Assembly: GCF_039541115.1 (NCBI RefSeq)
Contig: NZ_BAABFP010000005.1
Coordinates: 558,001-622,000 of the forward strand
Length of the DNA: 64,000 nucleotides
Source of the DNA: Angustibacter luteus
GTDB taxonomy: Bacteria > Actinomycetota > Actinomycetes > Actinomycetales > Angustibacteraceae
Reading direction: 5' to 3'
The translations under genes were made by a program, and so were the position numbers. Within the stretch, counting starts at the first letter, position 1. Each line of letters begins with the position of its first letter. The notes beneath the pieces were generated by a model. It did no database searches. It saw only the letters and a list, made by a program, of their open reading frames with translations, and had not been told where the DNA came from. Shown here piece by piece: positions 36,479-45,466 of the stretch.

Positions 36479-37576
36479 GTGACCCCTGGTGAACGCACCC
36501 CCAGCCGGGCGCGGTGGGCCTGGCGGGCGATCGCGTCGCTCGCCTGCGTGTCCCTCACCTGGGTGGTCTCCGCACCGGCCCAGGCCGAGGACGCCGCCAC
36601 CGCACGACGGCACGCCCAGGAGGCCGCAGCACAGGTGCAGCAGATCCAGGAACGACTCGCGACCGCCGAGGCCGGGTACGAGGCCGCGCTCAGCGGTGTG
36701 GGCGACCGGGTCAGCGACTACCTGCAGGCCGACGCGCAGAGCGCGGACGCGCAGCACAGCGCCGATGCGGCGGCGGACCAGGCCGCTGCCTCCGTGCGCG
36801 CGCTCTACCTGAGCGGTGGCCAGGCCGGGCTGCTCAACACGGTGCTGACCTCGAGCAGCCTCGAGGACCTGGCCTCACGCATGATCGGGGTCGACCGGGT
36901 GCTGTCGACCACCAGCGCGAGCGCGGACGACGCGCAGCAGCAGGCGGACCGGCTCGTCGACGTGGCGGCGGAGAAGGAACGGCACGCGGACGCCGCTGTC
37001 GTCACTGCCGCCCAGCTCACCCGGCAGGCCGACCAGGTCGCGGCCCTGCTGGCCGCGGCGCAGCACTCGCTCGACTCGCTGTCGGCGACGGCGCGGCAGC
37101 TGACGGAGGCCGAGGACGCGGCGAGGGCGCTCGCCGCCGCCCGCCGGGCCGCCGAGGCCGGCCAGGACGACGCCATCGGCGCGGCCCGCGCCCAGCTGCC
37201 CACCGCCGAGTACTTCCGGCTCTACCAGGCGGCCGCCCGGACCTGCTCGGGGATGGACTGGACCCTGCTGGCCGCGGTCGGCCAGGTGGAGAGCGGGCAC
37301 GGCCGCAACGCGGGCACCAGCTCGGCGGGGGCGCAGGGGCCGATGCAGTTCATGCCCGGCACGTTCGCCTCCTACGCCGTGGACGGCAACCACGACGGGA
37401 AGCTGGACGTCTACTCCCCGGCCGACGCGATCTACACCGCGGCCCGGTACCTGTGCAGCGGCGGGGCGGGGTCGCCGGCCGGGGTGAGCGCGGCGCTGTT
37501 CCGCTACAACCGGGCGCAGTGGTACGTCGACCTGGTGCTCTCGGTGCAGGCGCAGCTCCAGGCAACCCTGGGCTGA
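36479..37576 (+). CDS. Secreted coiled-coil + lytic transglycosylase
   Basis: Signal peptide (AQA), Ala/Gln coiled coil, VES, GAQGPMQF, ALFRYN, YV. Confidence 0.88.
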   Translation: MTPGERTPSRARWAWRAIASLACVSLTWVVSAPAQAEDAATARRHAQEAAAQVQQIQERLATAEAGYEAALSGVGDRVSDYLQADAQSADAQHSADAAADQAAASVRALYLSGGQAGLLNTVLTSSSLEDLASRMIGVDRVLSTTSASADDAQQQADRLVDVAAEKERHADAAVVTAAQLTRQADQVAALLAAAQHSLDSLSATARQLTEAEDAARALAAARRAAEAGQDDAIGAARAQLPTAEYFRLYQAAARTCSGMDWTLLAAVGQVESGHGRNAGTSSAGAQGPMQFMPGTFASYAVDGNHDGKLDVYSPADAIYTAARYLCSGGAGSPAGVSAALFRYNRAQWYVDLVLSVQAQLQATLG

Positions 37577-37583
37577 CCGGTCG

Positions 37584-38366
37584 TCAGCGGGCGCGCGCCG
37601 TCCACCGGTCGCCGTGCCGCTCCAGCAGCAGGGGCAGGCCGAACGTGGCCTCGAGGTTCTCCTGGGTCAGCGTGATCTCCAACGGACCGGCGGCGACGAC
37701 CCGGCCACCGCGGAGCAGCAGGACGTCCGTGAAGTGCGGCGGGATCTCCTCGACGTGGTGGGTGACCAGGACGAGCGCCGGCGCGTAGATGTCCTCCGCG
37801 ATCGCGCCGAGCCGCTTGACGAGGTCCTCGCGCCCTCCCAGGTCCAGGCCCGCGGCCGGCTCGTCCAGCAGCATCAGCTCGGGGTCCGTCATCAGGGCCC
37901 GGGCGATCTGCACCCGCTTGCGCTCCCCCTCGCTCAGCGTGCCGAACGTGCGGTCCACGAGGTGTCCCACACCCAAGGTCTCGAGCAGCTGCGCGGCGCG
38001 GCCGTGGTCGAGGGCGTCGTACTGCTCGATCCACCGCCCGGTGACACCGTAGGACGCGGTGACCACGACGTCGCCGACCCGCTCGCCGCCCGGGATCCGT
38101 TCCGACAGTGCGGCGCTGGCCAGCCCGACCCGCGGCCGCAGCTCGAAGACGTCCACCGCGCCCAGGACCTCACCGAGGACGCCGGCGACCCCGCGGGTCG
38201 GGTGCATCCGCGCGGACGCGATCTGCAGCAGCGTCGTCTTGCCGGCACCGTTGGGGCCGAGCACGACCCACCGCTCGCCCTCGCTGACCTCCCAGGTCAC
38301 GTCGTCCAGGAGCGTGGTCGAACCACGCACGACGGTGACCCCGGCCATCGCCAGGACGTCGCTCAT
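37584..38366 (-). CDS. ABC ATP-binding protein
   Basis: GPNGAGKTT, LSEGE, LLDEP, VTHH. Confidence 0.9.
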   Translation of the reverse strand: MSDVLAMAGVTVVRGSTTLLDDVTWEVSEGERWVVLGPNGAGKTTLLQIASARMHPTRGVAGVLGEVLGAVDVFELRPRVGLASAALSERIPGGERVGDVVVTASYGVTGRWIEQYDALDHGRAAQLLETLGVGHLVDRTFGTLSEGERKRVQIARALMTDPELMLLDEPAAGLDLGGREDLVKRLGAIAEDIYAPALVLVTHHVEEIPPHFTDVLLLRGGRVVAAGPLEITLTQENLEATFGLPLLLERHGDRWTARAR

Positions 38367-38434
38367 GCGCCACGTCCTCGTAGCGTCGCCGAAACCATGA
38401 GGGCGAGACTATGGCACCGACGTAGCCTCATCCC

Positions 38435-39217
38435 ATGACCCCGTTGCCGCGCGCCGCCGTGCTCGGCCTGTGGGCCACCCCGGTGCTGGCCGGGCGGGTC
38501 AACGCCGGTGCGCTGCTGCGGGCCGTGCAGGGGGACGACGAGCCGCACGAGGTGGCTACCGCGGACGCCGCCGCGCTGGGCCCGCTGGCCGCGCCGGGCC
38601 GGTTGCCGGAGCTGCTGGGCACGCTTCGCGAGCAGCGGGTGCGCGCACTGCGCCTGGTGCTGCCGGTGCCCGGCGACCCGTCCGCGTTGCCCGGCCCGCC
38701 GAAGGTCAACGAGGCCGCGATCGAGGCCGGTGAGTGCCTGGTGACCGTCGGCGGCCCGCCCCTGGTGCTGATCCCCGAGGTCTACGAGTTCGGTTCGGTC
38801 TACGAGATCGGGCACCAGGTGCTCTGGCAGGTGCAGGACTGCTCGCCGCCGGTCGCCCCGCTCAGCACCACGGTCGGCGAGGCCGAGCGCGAGCTGCGCG
38901 AGGCCCTGCTGCGCGCCACCGACACCCTGCACGAGCTGGACCTGGCCCGGTGGCGGCCCGATGCCGCCGAACGGATCCAGGGGCTGCGCCAGGGGACGGA
39001 CCAGGCGTGGCCGCCCGGCACGCCGCCGCGAGCAGCCCGGGTGCTCGACCTGGCCTGGCGGGTGCGGTCCATCGTCGAGCTCGCGCGTGAGGACGACGGC
39101 GCCGCGGTGAACGGGTGGGAGGCGACCCGCCGCGACGAGGAGCTGCGCCAGCTCGAGACCGTCTGCCGCCGGGCGCTGGTCGCCGCGGTGAACGCGCCGA
39201 TCCACCCGCCGGACTAG
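38435..39217 (+). CDS. Hypothetical protein
   Basis: GC3-rich ORF with TAGCCT 6 nt before ATG; shares a CTAG stop palindrome with glgA. Confidence 0.75.
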   Translation: MTPLPRAAVLGLWATPVLAGRVNAGALLRAVQGDDEPHEVATADAAALGPLAAPGRLPELLGTLREQRVRALRLVLPVPGDPSALPGPPKVNEAAIEAGECLVTVGGPPLVLIPEVYEFGSVYEIGHQVLWQVQDCSPPVAPLSTTVGEAERELREALLRATDTLHELDLARWRPDAAERIQGLRQGTDQAWPPGTPPRAARVLDLAWRVRSIVELAREDDGAAVNGWEATRRDEELRQLETVCRRALVAAVNAPIHPPD

Positions 39218-40401
39218 CGCAGGGACCGGTACACCTCCAGCGTGCGGGCGGCCACGGTGGCCCAGCCGAACTCCTGCTCGGCGCGGACGCGCCCCGCGAC
39301 GCCGCGGACCCGGGCCCGGGCCGGGTCGGACACGGCGTCCACCAGGGCCGCCGCCAGGTCCGCCACGAAGCCCTCGGGGTCCACCGGAGTGCCCGAGCCG
39401 TCGTCCACCTGCTCGATCGGCACGAGCCAACCGGTCTCGCCGTCCTGCACGACCTCCGGGATGCCGCCGGTCGCGGTGGCCACGACGGGCAGCTCGCAGG
39501 CCATGGCCTCGAGGTTCACGATGCCCAGCGGCTCGTACACCGACGGGCAGGCGAAGACCGTGCCGCTGGACAGCAGCGCGACGACGTCCTCGCGGTCCAG
39601 CATGCGGTCGATCCAGACGACGCCCTGGCGGGTCGTGCGCAGCCCGTCCACCAGGGCTTCGACCTCCGCCATGATCTCGGCGGTGTCCGGGGCGCCGGCG
39701 CACAGCACGAGCTGGACGTCGGGCGGTAGCTGGGCCGCGGCCCGCAGGAAGTACGGCAGGCCCTTCTGCCGGGTGATCCGGCCGACGAAGACCACGCTGG
39801 GCTGGTCCGGGTCGACGCCCAGCGCGCGGACAGCGTCCGGCCGGGGTCGCCGGGACCAGTCGACCGTGTCGATGCCGTTGTGCACCACGTGCACGCGGGC
39901 CGGGTCGACGTCCGGGTAGCTGCGCAGCACGTCCCGGCGCATCCCGGCGCTGACGGCGATGACGGCGGCCGCCGCCTCGTAGGCCGTCTTCTCGACCCAG
40001 GACGACAGGGCGTAGCCGCCGCCCAGCTGCTCGGCCTTCCACGGCCGCAACGGTTCCAGGCTGTGCGCGGTGACCACGTGCGGGGCGCCGTGCAGCAGGG
40101 AGGCGAGGTGCCCACCGAAGTTGGCGTACCAGGTGTGCGAGTGGACGACGTCCGCGCCGTCGCAGTCCTGCGCCATCGGCAGGTCGACCCCCATGCTGCG
40201 CAGCGCGGCGTTCGCGCCCGCCAGCTCGACCGGGTCCGGGTAGCCGGTCGTGCCCACCTCGGCGCGCTCGGGGCCGAAGCAACGGACCCGGACGTCGAGG
40301 CCGGGGTCGGAGCGCAACGCGCGGACGAGCTCGGCGACGTGCACTCCCGCCCCGCCGTAGACGTCGGGTGGGTACTCGCGAGACAGCACGTCGATGCGCA
40401 C
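39214..40401 (-). CDS. glgA: Actinobacterial glycogen synthase (GlgA/GlgM type)
   Basis: [42 protein letters not shown]; divergent from glgC. Confidence 0.93.
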   Translation of the reverse strand: MRIDVLSREYPPDVYGGAGVHVAELVRALRSDPGLDVRVRCFGPERAEVGTTGYPDPVELAGANAALRSMGVDLPMAQDCDGADVVHSHTWYANFGGHLASLLHGAPHVVTAHSLEPLRPWKAEQLGGGYALSSWVEKTAYEAAAAVIAVSAGMRRDVLRSYPDVDPARVHVVHNGIDTVDWSRRPRPDAVRALGVDPDQPSVVFVGRITRQKGLPYFLRAAAQLPPDVQLVLCAGAPDTAEIMAEVEALVDGLRTTRQGVVWIDRMLDREDVVALLSSGTVFACPSVYEPLGIVNLEAMACELPVVATATGGIPEVVQDGETGWLVPIEQVDDGSGTPVDPEGFVADLAAALVDAVSDPARARVRGVAGRVRAEQEFGWATVAARTLEVYRSLR

Positions 40402-40476
40402 GGCCTCACCGTAGTGGCGGGGTTCGTCCCCGCGCACCCCTCGCGTGGCCCCGGCTCGAAGACTAGGTTCCTGAGC

Positions 40477-41730
40477 ATGCCGACTCGTGCGCGCAACCCG
40501 AAGATCCTGGCGATCGTCCTGGCGGGCGGCGAGGGCAAGCGCCTGATGCCCCTGACCGCCGACCGGGCCAAGCCCGCCGTGCCCTACGGCGGCATCTACC
40601 GGCTCATCGACTTCGCGCTGTCCAACGTCGTGAACTCCGGGTACCTCAAGGTCGTCGTCCTGACCCAGTACAAGTCGCACAGCCTGGACCGGCACATCGC
40701 CAAGACGTGGCGCATGTCGAACATGCTCGGCAACTACGTCGCCCCGGTGCCCGCGCAGCAGCGCGTCGGCAAACGCTGGTACCTCGGCAGCGCCGACGCC
40801 ATCTTCCAGAGCCTCAACCTCGTGCACGACGAGAAGCCGGACATCGTCGTCGTGGTCGGCGCCGACCACGTCTACCGGATGGACTTCCGGCAGATGGTCG
40901 CGCAGCACATCGAGACCGGCGCCGCCGCGACGGTCGCGGCCATCCGCCAGCCGATCGAGCTCGCCGACCAGTTCGGCGTGATCGACGTGAAGCCCGAGGA
41001 CCCCCGCCAGATCCGCGAGTTCCTGGAGAAGCCGACGGACCCCGAGGGCCTGCCGGACTCCCCCGGTGAGGTGCTGGCCTCGATGGGCAACTACGTGTTC
41101 AACACCGACGCCCTGATCGACGCGGTCACCCGCGACGCCGCGAGCGAGGACACCAAGCACGACATGGGCGGCGACATCATCCCGGACTTCGTGTCCCGCG
41201 GTGAGGCCGGCGTGTACGACTTCAAGAACAACGACGTGCCCGGATCGACGGAGCGCGACCGCGACTACTGGCGTGACGTCGGCACGATGGACGCGTACTA
41301 CGACGCGCACATGGACCTGATCTCGGTCTTCCCGGTCTTCAACCTCTACAACTACGACTGGCCGATCTTCACCGACTACGGCTCGTTGCCGCCGGCCAAG
41401 TTCGTGCACGGCTGGCACGGCCGCATCGGGCACGCGGTGAACTCCTCGGTGTCCCCCGGCACCGTGGTGTCGGGAGCGACGATCGAGAACTCGGTGCTGT
41501 CGCCGAACTGCTACATCCACTCGTGGTCCAGCGTGAGCGACAGCGTGCTGCTGGACAACGTCGAGATCGGCAGGCACGCGGTCGTGCGTCGGGCGATCGT
41601 CGACAAGAACGTGGTGATCCCCGAGGGCGCGCGGATCGGGATGGACCCCGAGGAGGACCGCGCCCGGGGGCTGACCGTCACCGAGTCCGGGTTGGTCGTC
41701 ATCGGCAAGGGCCAGAAGGTGACCGTGTGA
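40477..41730 (+). CDS. glgC: Glucose-1-phosphate adenylyltransferase
   Basis: [36 protein letters not shown]. Confidence 0.96.
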   Translation: MPTRARNPKILAIVLAGGEGKRLMPLTADRAKPAVPYGGIYRLIDFALSNVVNSGYLKVVVLTQYKSHSLDRHIAKTWRMSNMLGNYVAPVPAQQRVGKRWYLGSADAIFQSLNLVHDEKPDIVVVVGADHVYRMDFRQMVAQHIETGAAATVAAIRQPIELADQFGVIDVKPEDPRQIREFLEKPTDPEGLPDSPGEVLASMGNYVFNTDALIDAVTRDAASEDTKHDMGGDIIPDFVSRGEAGVYDFKNNDVPGSTERDRDYWRDVGTMDAYYDAHMDLISVFPVFNLYNYDWPIFTDYGSLPPAKFVHGWHGRIGHAVNSSVSPGTVVSGATIENSVLSPNCYIHSWSSVSDSVLLDNVEIGRHAVVRRAIVDKNVVIPEGARIGMDPEEDRARGLTVTESGLVVIGKGQKVTV

Positions 41731-42518
41731 GCGAGCACCAGAACCACCGCAAGGTCCGGATCGGCGTCCAGCTGCAGCCGCAGCACGCCGAGTGGTCCGA
41801 CCTGCGCCGCGCGGTGGTCGCGGCCGAGGAGGCCGGAGTCGACGTGGCCTTCAACTGGGACCACTTCTACCCGTTGTACGGCGAGCCGGAGGGCAAGCAC
41901 CTCGAGTGCTGGACGGTGCTGGCGGCCTGGGCCGAGATCACCTCGCGGGTCGAGATCGGCGCGCTGGTGACCTGCAACTCCTACCGCAACCCCGAGCTGC
42001 TGGCCGACATGTCCCGCACCGTCGACCAGATCAGCGACGGCCGGCTGATCCTCGGCATCGGGGCCGGCTGGTTCGAGAAGGACTACGACGAGTACGGGTA
42101 CGAGTTCGGCACCGCGGGCTCGCGCCTCGCCGACCTGGCACAGGCGCTGCCGCGGATCGAGAAGCGGCTGGGCCGGCTCTACCCGGCGCCCACCCGCAAG
42201 ATCCCGGTGCTCATCGGCGGCGGCGGCGAGAAGAAGACGCTGCGCATGGTGGCCAAGCACGCCGACATCTGGCACAGCTTCGGCGACGCCGACGTGGTCG
42301 AGCGCAAGGTCGCCATCCTCGACGAGTGGTGCGCGACCGAGGGCCGCGACCCCGCGCAGATCGAGCGGTCCGTCGGGGTCTCGGGCGATCCGGCCGCGAC
42401 GGGGCCGCGGTTGCACGAGCTCGGCGTCCGGCTGTTCACCGTCGGGCTCGGCGGGCCCGACTACGACCTGGGCCAGCTGCGGGACTGGGTGGCCTGGCGG
42501 GACGAGGTCAACGCCTGA
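41727..42518 (+). CDS. LLM-class F420-dependent oxidoreductase (MSMEG_2906-like)
   Basis: [37 protein letters not shown] overlap with glgC. Confidence 0.88.
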   Translation: MSEHQNHRKVRIGVQLQPQHAEWSDLRRAVVAAEEAGVDVAFNWDHFYPLYGEPEGKHLECWTVLAAWAEITSRVEIGALVTCNSYRNPELLADMSRTVDQISDGRLILGIGAGWFEKDYDEYGYEFGTAGSRLADLAQALPRIEKRLGRLYPAPTRKIPVLIGGGGEKKTLRMVAKHADIWHSFGDADVVERKVAILDEWCATEGRDPAQIERSVGVSGDPAATGPRLHELGVRLFTVGLGGPDYDLGQLRDWVAWRDEVNA

Positions 42519-42579
42519 CCCGCGTCTCGGCAGGCGAGTCGGCCAGGTCCGCGTCCCGGGCAGTGGGTAGCCTCGGCCC

Positions 42580-43806
42580 GTGATCGAGGTCCCGCCGCGC
42601 AGCACGGACGAACCGACCCTGCTCGTGACCCTGACCGGCGACGACCGGCCGGGTGTCACCTCGGCGCTCTTCTCCGCCCTGGCCGCGACCCCGGCGACGG
42701 TGCTGGACGTAGAGCAGGTCGTGGTCCGCGGGCAGCTGACCCTCGCCGTCCTGCTCACGACCGGCGGTAGTGAGAGCGTGCGCGCGGCGGCGCTGGACGT
42801 CGCGGACGAGCTGGACATGAAGGTGCGGTGCAAGCGCGGCACCGGCGACACCGCCCACCGCCGCGAGGGCCGCCTGCACGTCACGCTGCTGGCCGCCCCG
42901 CTCCTGCCCGCCGCGGTCGCGGCCGTCGCCGAGAAGCTGGCCGAGCAGGACGCCAACATCGACCGCATCCGGCGCATCTCCCGCTGGCCGGTGACCACCG
43001 TCGAGATCGACGTGTCGGGCGGGGACGTGCGCTCGCTGCGGCGCGAGGTGTCGGTCACGGCTGCGGCGCACGGGATCGACGTCGCGGTCTCCCCCGCCGG
43101 CCTGGCCCGGCGCGGCCGCCGGCTGGTCGTGATGGACGTCGACTCCACCCTCATCCAGGGTGAGGTCATCGAGATGCTCGCCGAGCGCAGCGGCCGGGTC
43201 GACGAGGTCGCGGCCATCACCGAGCGGGCCATGCGCGGCGAGCTCGACTTCGCAGCCAGCCTGCACCAGCGGGTGGCGGCGTTGGCCGGCCTCCCGTCGT
43301 CCGTGCTCGACGACGTCCGCCGGGCCGTCGAGCTCACCCCGGGGGCCCGTACCTGCGTACGCACGTTGCAGCGTCTCGGCTTCACCGTGGCGCTGGTGTC
43401 CGGCGGCTTCCTCGAGGTGGTCGAACCGCTGGCCGCCTCGCTCGGCATCACCCACGTCGAGGCCAACCGGCTGGAGGTCGTCGACGGTCGGCTCACCGGG
43501 CGGGTGCTCGGCGACGTGGTGGACCGTGCGGGAAAGGCTGCGGCGCTGCGGCGCTTCGCCGCGGCCGAGGGCCTGTCGTTGTCCCGCACCGTCGCGATCG
43601 GGGACGGCGCCAACGACCTCGACATGCTGGACACGGCGGGGCTGGGCATCGCCTTCAACGCCAAGCCCGTCGTGCGTCAGCAGGCGGACGCCACCGTCAA
43701 CGTCCCCTTCCTGGACGCCGTCCTGTACTTGCTGGGCATCCCCCGCGAGGAGGTCGAGGAGGCCGACGCGGCCGACGGCTTCGAGGTGGACGCCCTCCCC
43801 GACTAG
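42580..43806 (+). CDS. serB: Phosphoserine phosphatase with ACT domains
   Basis: GDDRPGVT, MDVDSTLI, VSGGF, GDGANDL. Confidence 0.94.
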   Translation: MIEVPPRSTDEPTLLVTLTGDDRPGVTSALFSALAATPATVLDVEQVVVRGQLTLAVLLTTGGSESVRAAALDVADELDMKVRCKRGTGDTAHRREGRLHVTLLAAPLLPAAVAAVAEKLAEQDANIDRIRRISRWPVTTVEIDVSGGDVRSLRREVSVTAAAHGIDVAVSPAGLARRGRRLVVMDVDSTLIQGEVIEMLAERSGRVDEVAAITERAMRGELDFAASLHQRVAALAGLPSSVLDDVRRAVELTPGARTCVRTLQRLGFTVALVSGGFLEVVEPLAASLGITHVEANRLEVVDGRLTGRVLGDVVDRAGKAAALRRFAAAEGLSLSRTVAIGDGANDLDMLDTAGLGIAFNAKPVVRQQADATVNVPFLDAVLYLLGIPREEVEEADAADGFEVDALPD

Positions 43807-43819
43807 CCGCCCCCTCCCC

Positions 43820-43899
43820 GTGATCATGCACGTTCGCCCCCCTCCGCGGTGATCATGCACGTTCGCCCCTGGTCTGCCGGGGCGAACGTGCATGATCAC
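43820..43899. repeat. REP-like element: two direct copies and one inverted copy of GTGATCATGCACGTTCGCCCC
   Basis: Direct copies at 43820-43840 and 43849-43869; inverted copy at 43879-43899; between convergent genes. Confidence 0.85.
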
Positions 43900-43918
43900 G
43901 GGATTGGGGGCAGTGCGG

Positions 43919-44431
43919 CTAGCCGCGGGGGGCCGCGAACGCGGTCAGCCGGCAGCTGCCCGGCGCCAGCTCGCGCCAGGGTCCGGCGAGCTCCAGGACC
44001 GCCACCCCGCTGGTCGTGAACCCTTCGCGCAGCGCCTGCTCCGCCCGCGGGTCCGCCGAACCGGCCAGCGCCGACGCCACGGCCGACTGGGTCGGCTCGT
44101 GGCCCACCACGGCGACGACGCGGACGTGGTCGTCCACCTCACGCAGCTGGGTCAGCACGCCGGACGCCGACGTCTCGTAGAGCGCGTCCCGGACGTCGAC
44201 CGGCGGCGCGTCGTCCAGCTCGGCAGCGGCCAGCTCCCAGGTCTGCCGGGCGCGCTCCGCACTCGAGCAGAGGACGAGGTCCGGGCGCAGTCCGTGCTCG
44301 GTGAGCCAGCGGCCGAGCGCGGGTGCGTCCCGTCGTCCGCGATCGTTCAGCGGGCGCTCGTGGTCGGCCACCCCGGCGTTCTGGTCGGACTTGGCGTGCC
44401 GGACGACGAGCAGCTGGCGTTCCGCGGTCAT
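43919..44431 (-). CDS. SixA-like histidine phosphatase
   Basis: VRHAKS, DHERPL..RG, SSAERARQT, VGHEP. Confidence 0.88.
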   Translation of the reverse strand: MTAERQLLVVRHAKSDQNAGVADHERPLNDRGRRDAPALGRWLTEHGLRPDLVLCSSAERARQTWELAAAELDDAPPVDVRDALYETSASGVLTQLREVDDHVRVVAVVGHEPTQSAVASALAGSADPRAEQALREGFTTSGVAVLELAGPWRELAPGSCRLTAFAAPRG

Positions 44432-44554
44432 GCCGCCATTCTGGCCCACCCTTGCTCAGCCAGAGCCGCGCGAAGCTGCTCGGCCAGCGGTCTGGGGCGA
44501 GCAAAGCAGCGCGGCGTGAGCAACCGGGGAGGGCGGGCCGCCTAGGGTGGACAG

Positions 44555-45415
44555 ATGCAAGGGCCTCCCCGCACGCGGCTCCTGGTCATCGGCGGCGCCG
44601 AGGACAAGGTGGGCACCGCCCGTGTCCTGCGCCGCTTCGTCCGGCTCGCCGGTGGCGCCCAGGCCCGCCTCCTGGTGCTGCCGACCGCCTCGATGGTCGA
44701 GGACGAGATGGTCGAGACCTACCGGACGGCGTTCGGGCGGATCGGCGTCGACCAGGTCAGCGCGGTGCAGCCCACCTCACGGGCCGAGGCCGACGACCCG
44801 GGGCTCGCGGCCCAGGTCGACGCGGCGACCGGCATCTTCATGACGGGCGGCAACCAGCTCAAGCTGGCCCAGCTCGTCGTGGGCACCGCGCTCGGCAACG
44901 CCATCGTGGACGCCTACCGACGCGGCGTGGTGGTGGCCGGCACGTCGGCCGGCGCCAGCATCATGAGCGCGCACATGATCGCCCTCGGCGAGGAGGGCAT
45001 CACCCCCCGCCAGCGCGCCAGCCAGCTCTCCGCCGGGCTGGGCCTGCTGCCGGGCGTGATCGTGGACCAGCACTTCGACCAGCGCGCCCGGTACGGCCGG
45101 CTGCTGTCGATGGTGGCCCTGTCACCGCACCTGATCGGCATGGGCGTCGACGAGGACACGGCCGCGCTCGTCACCGACGGCCGACGCGTCGAGGTGGTCG
45201 GCACCGGTGCCGTCTTCGTGGTCGACGCGGCGCGCGCAGTCACCAACGCCGCCGAGGCCCCCGAGGGCGCTCCCGTGCTCGTCTCGGGTGCCACCGTGCA
45301 CACCCTGCCGACCGGCGCGCGGTTCGACCTGGAGGCTCGCGCGCTCGAGAAGTTCGCCCCCCGGCGGGTCGATCCGGCAGTTGCCGCCCTCGCGAGTGGC
45401 GCACGACGGCGCTGA
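44555..45415 (+). CDS. cphB: Cyanophycinase (intracellular, no signal peptide)
   Basis: IGGAEDK, PTAS, GGNQ, GTSAGA (Ser), DQHFDQRARYGRL (His), GVDEDT (Glu). Confidence 0.93.
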   Translation: MQGPPRTRLLVIGGAEDKVGTARVLRRFVRLAGGAQARLLVLPTASMVEDEMVETYRTAFGRIGVDQVSAVQPTSRAEADDPGLAAQVDAATGIFMTGGNQLKLAQLVVGTALGNAIVDAYRRGVVVAGTSAGASIMSAHMIALGEEGITPRQRASQLSAGLGLLPGVIVDQHFDQRARYGRLLSMVALSPHLIGMGVDEDTAALVTDGRRVEVVGTGAVFVVDAARAVTNAAEAPEGAPVLVSGATVHTLPTGARFDLEARALEKFAPRRVDPAVAALASGARRR

Positions 45416-45466
45416 TCAGGGCATGATCGGCACGTCCGTCCCTGACCGCAGCCGACTGGAGCGCCG

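Noticed and set aside
43820..43899. CRISPR array
   Set aside because: Only two direct copies with an 8-nt spacer plus one inverted copy; no cas genes
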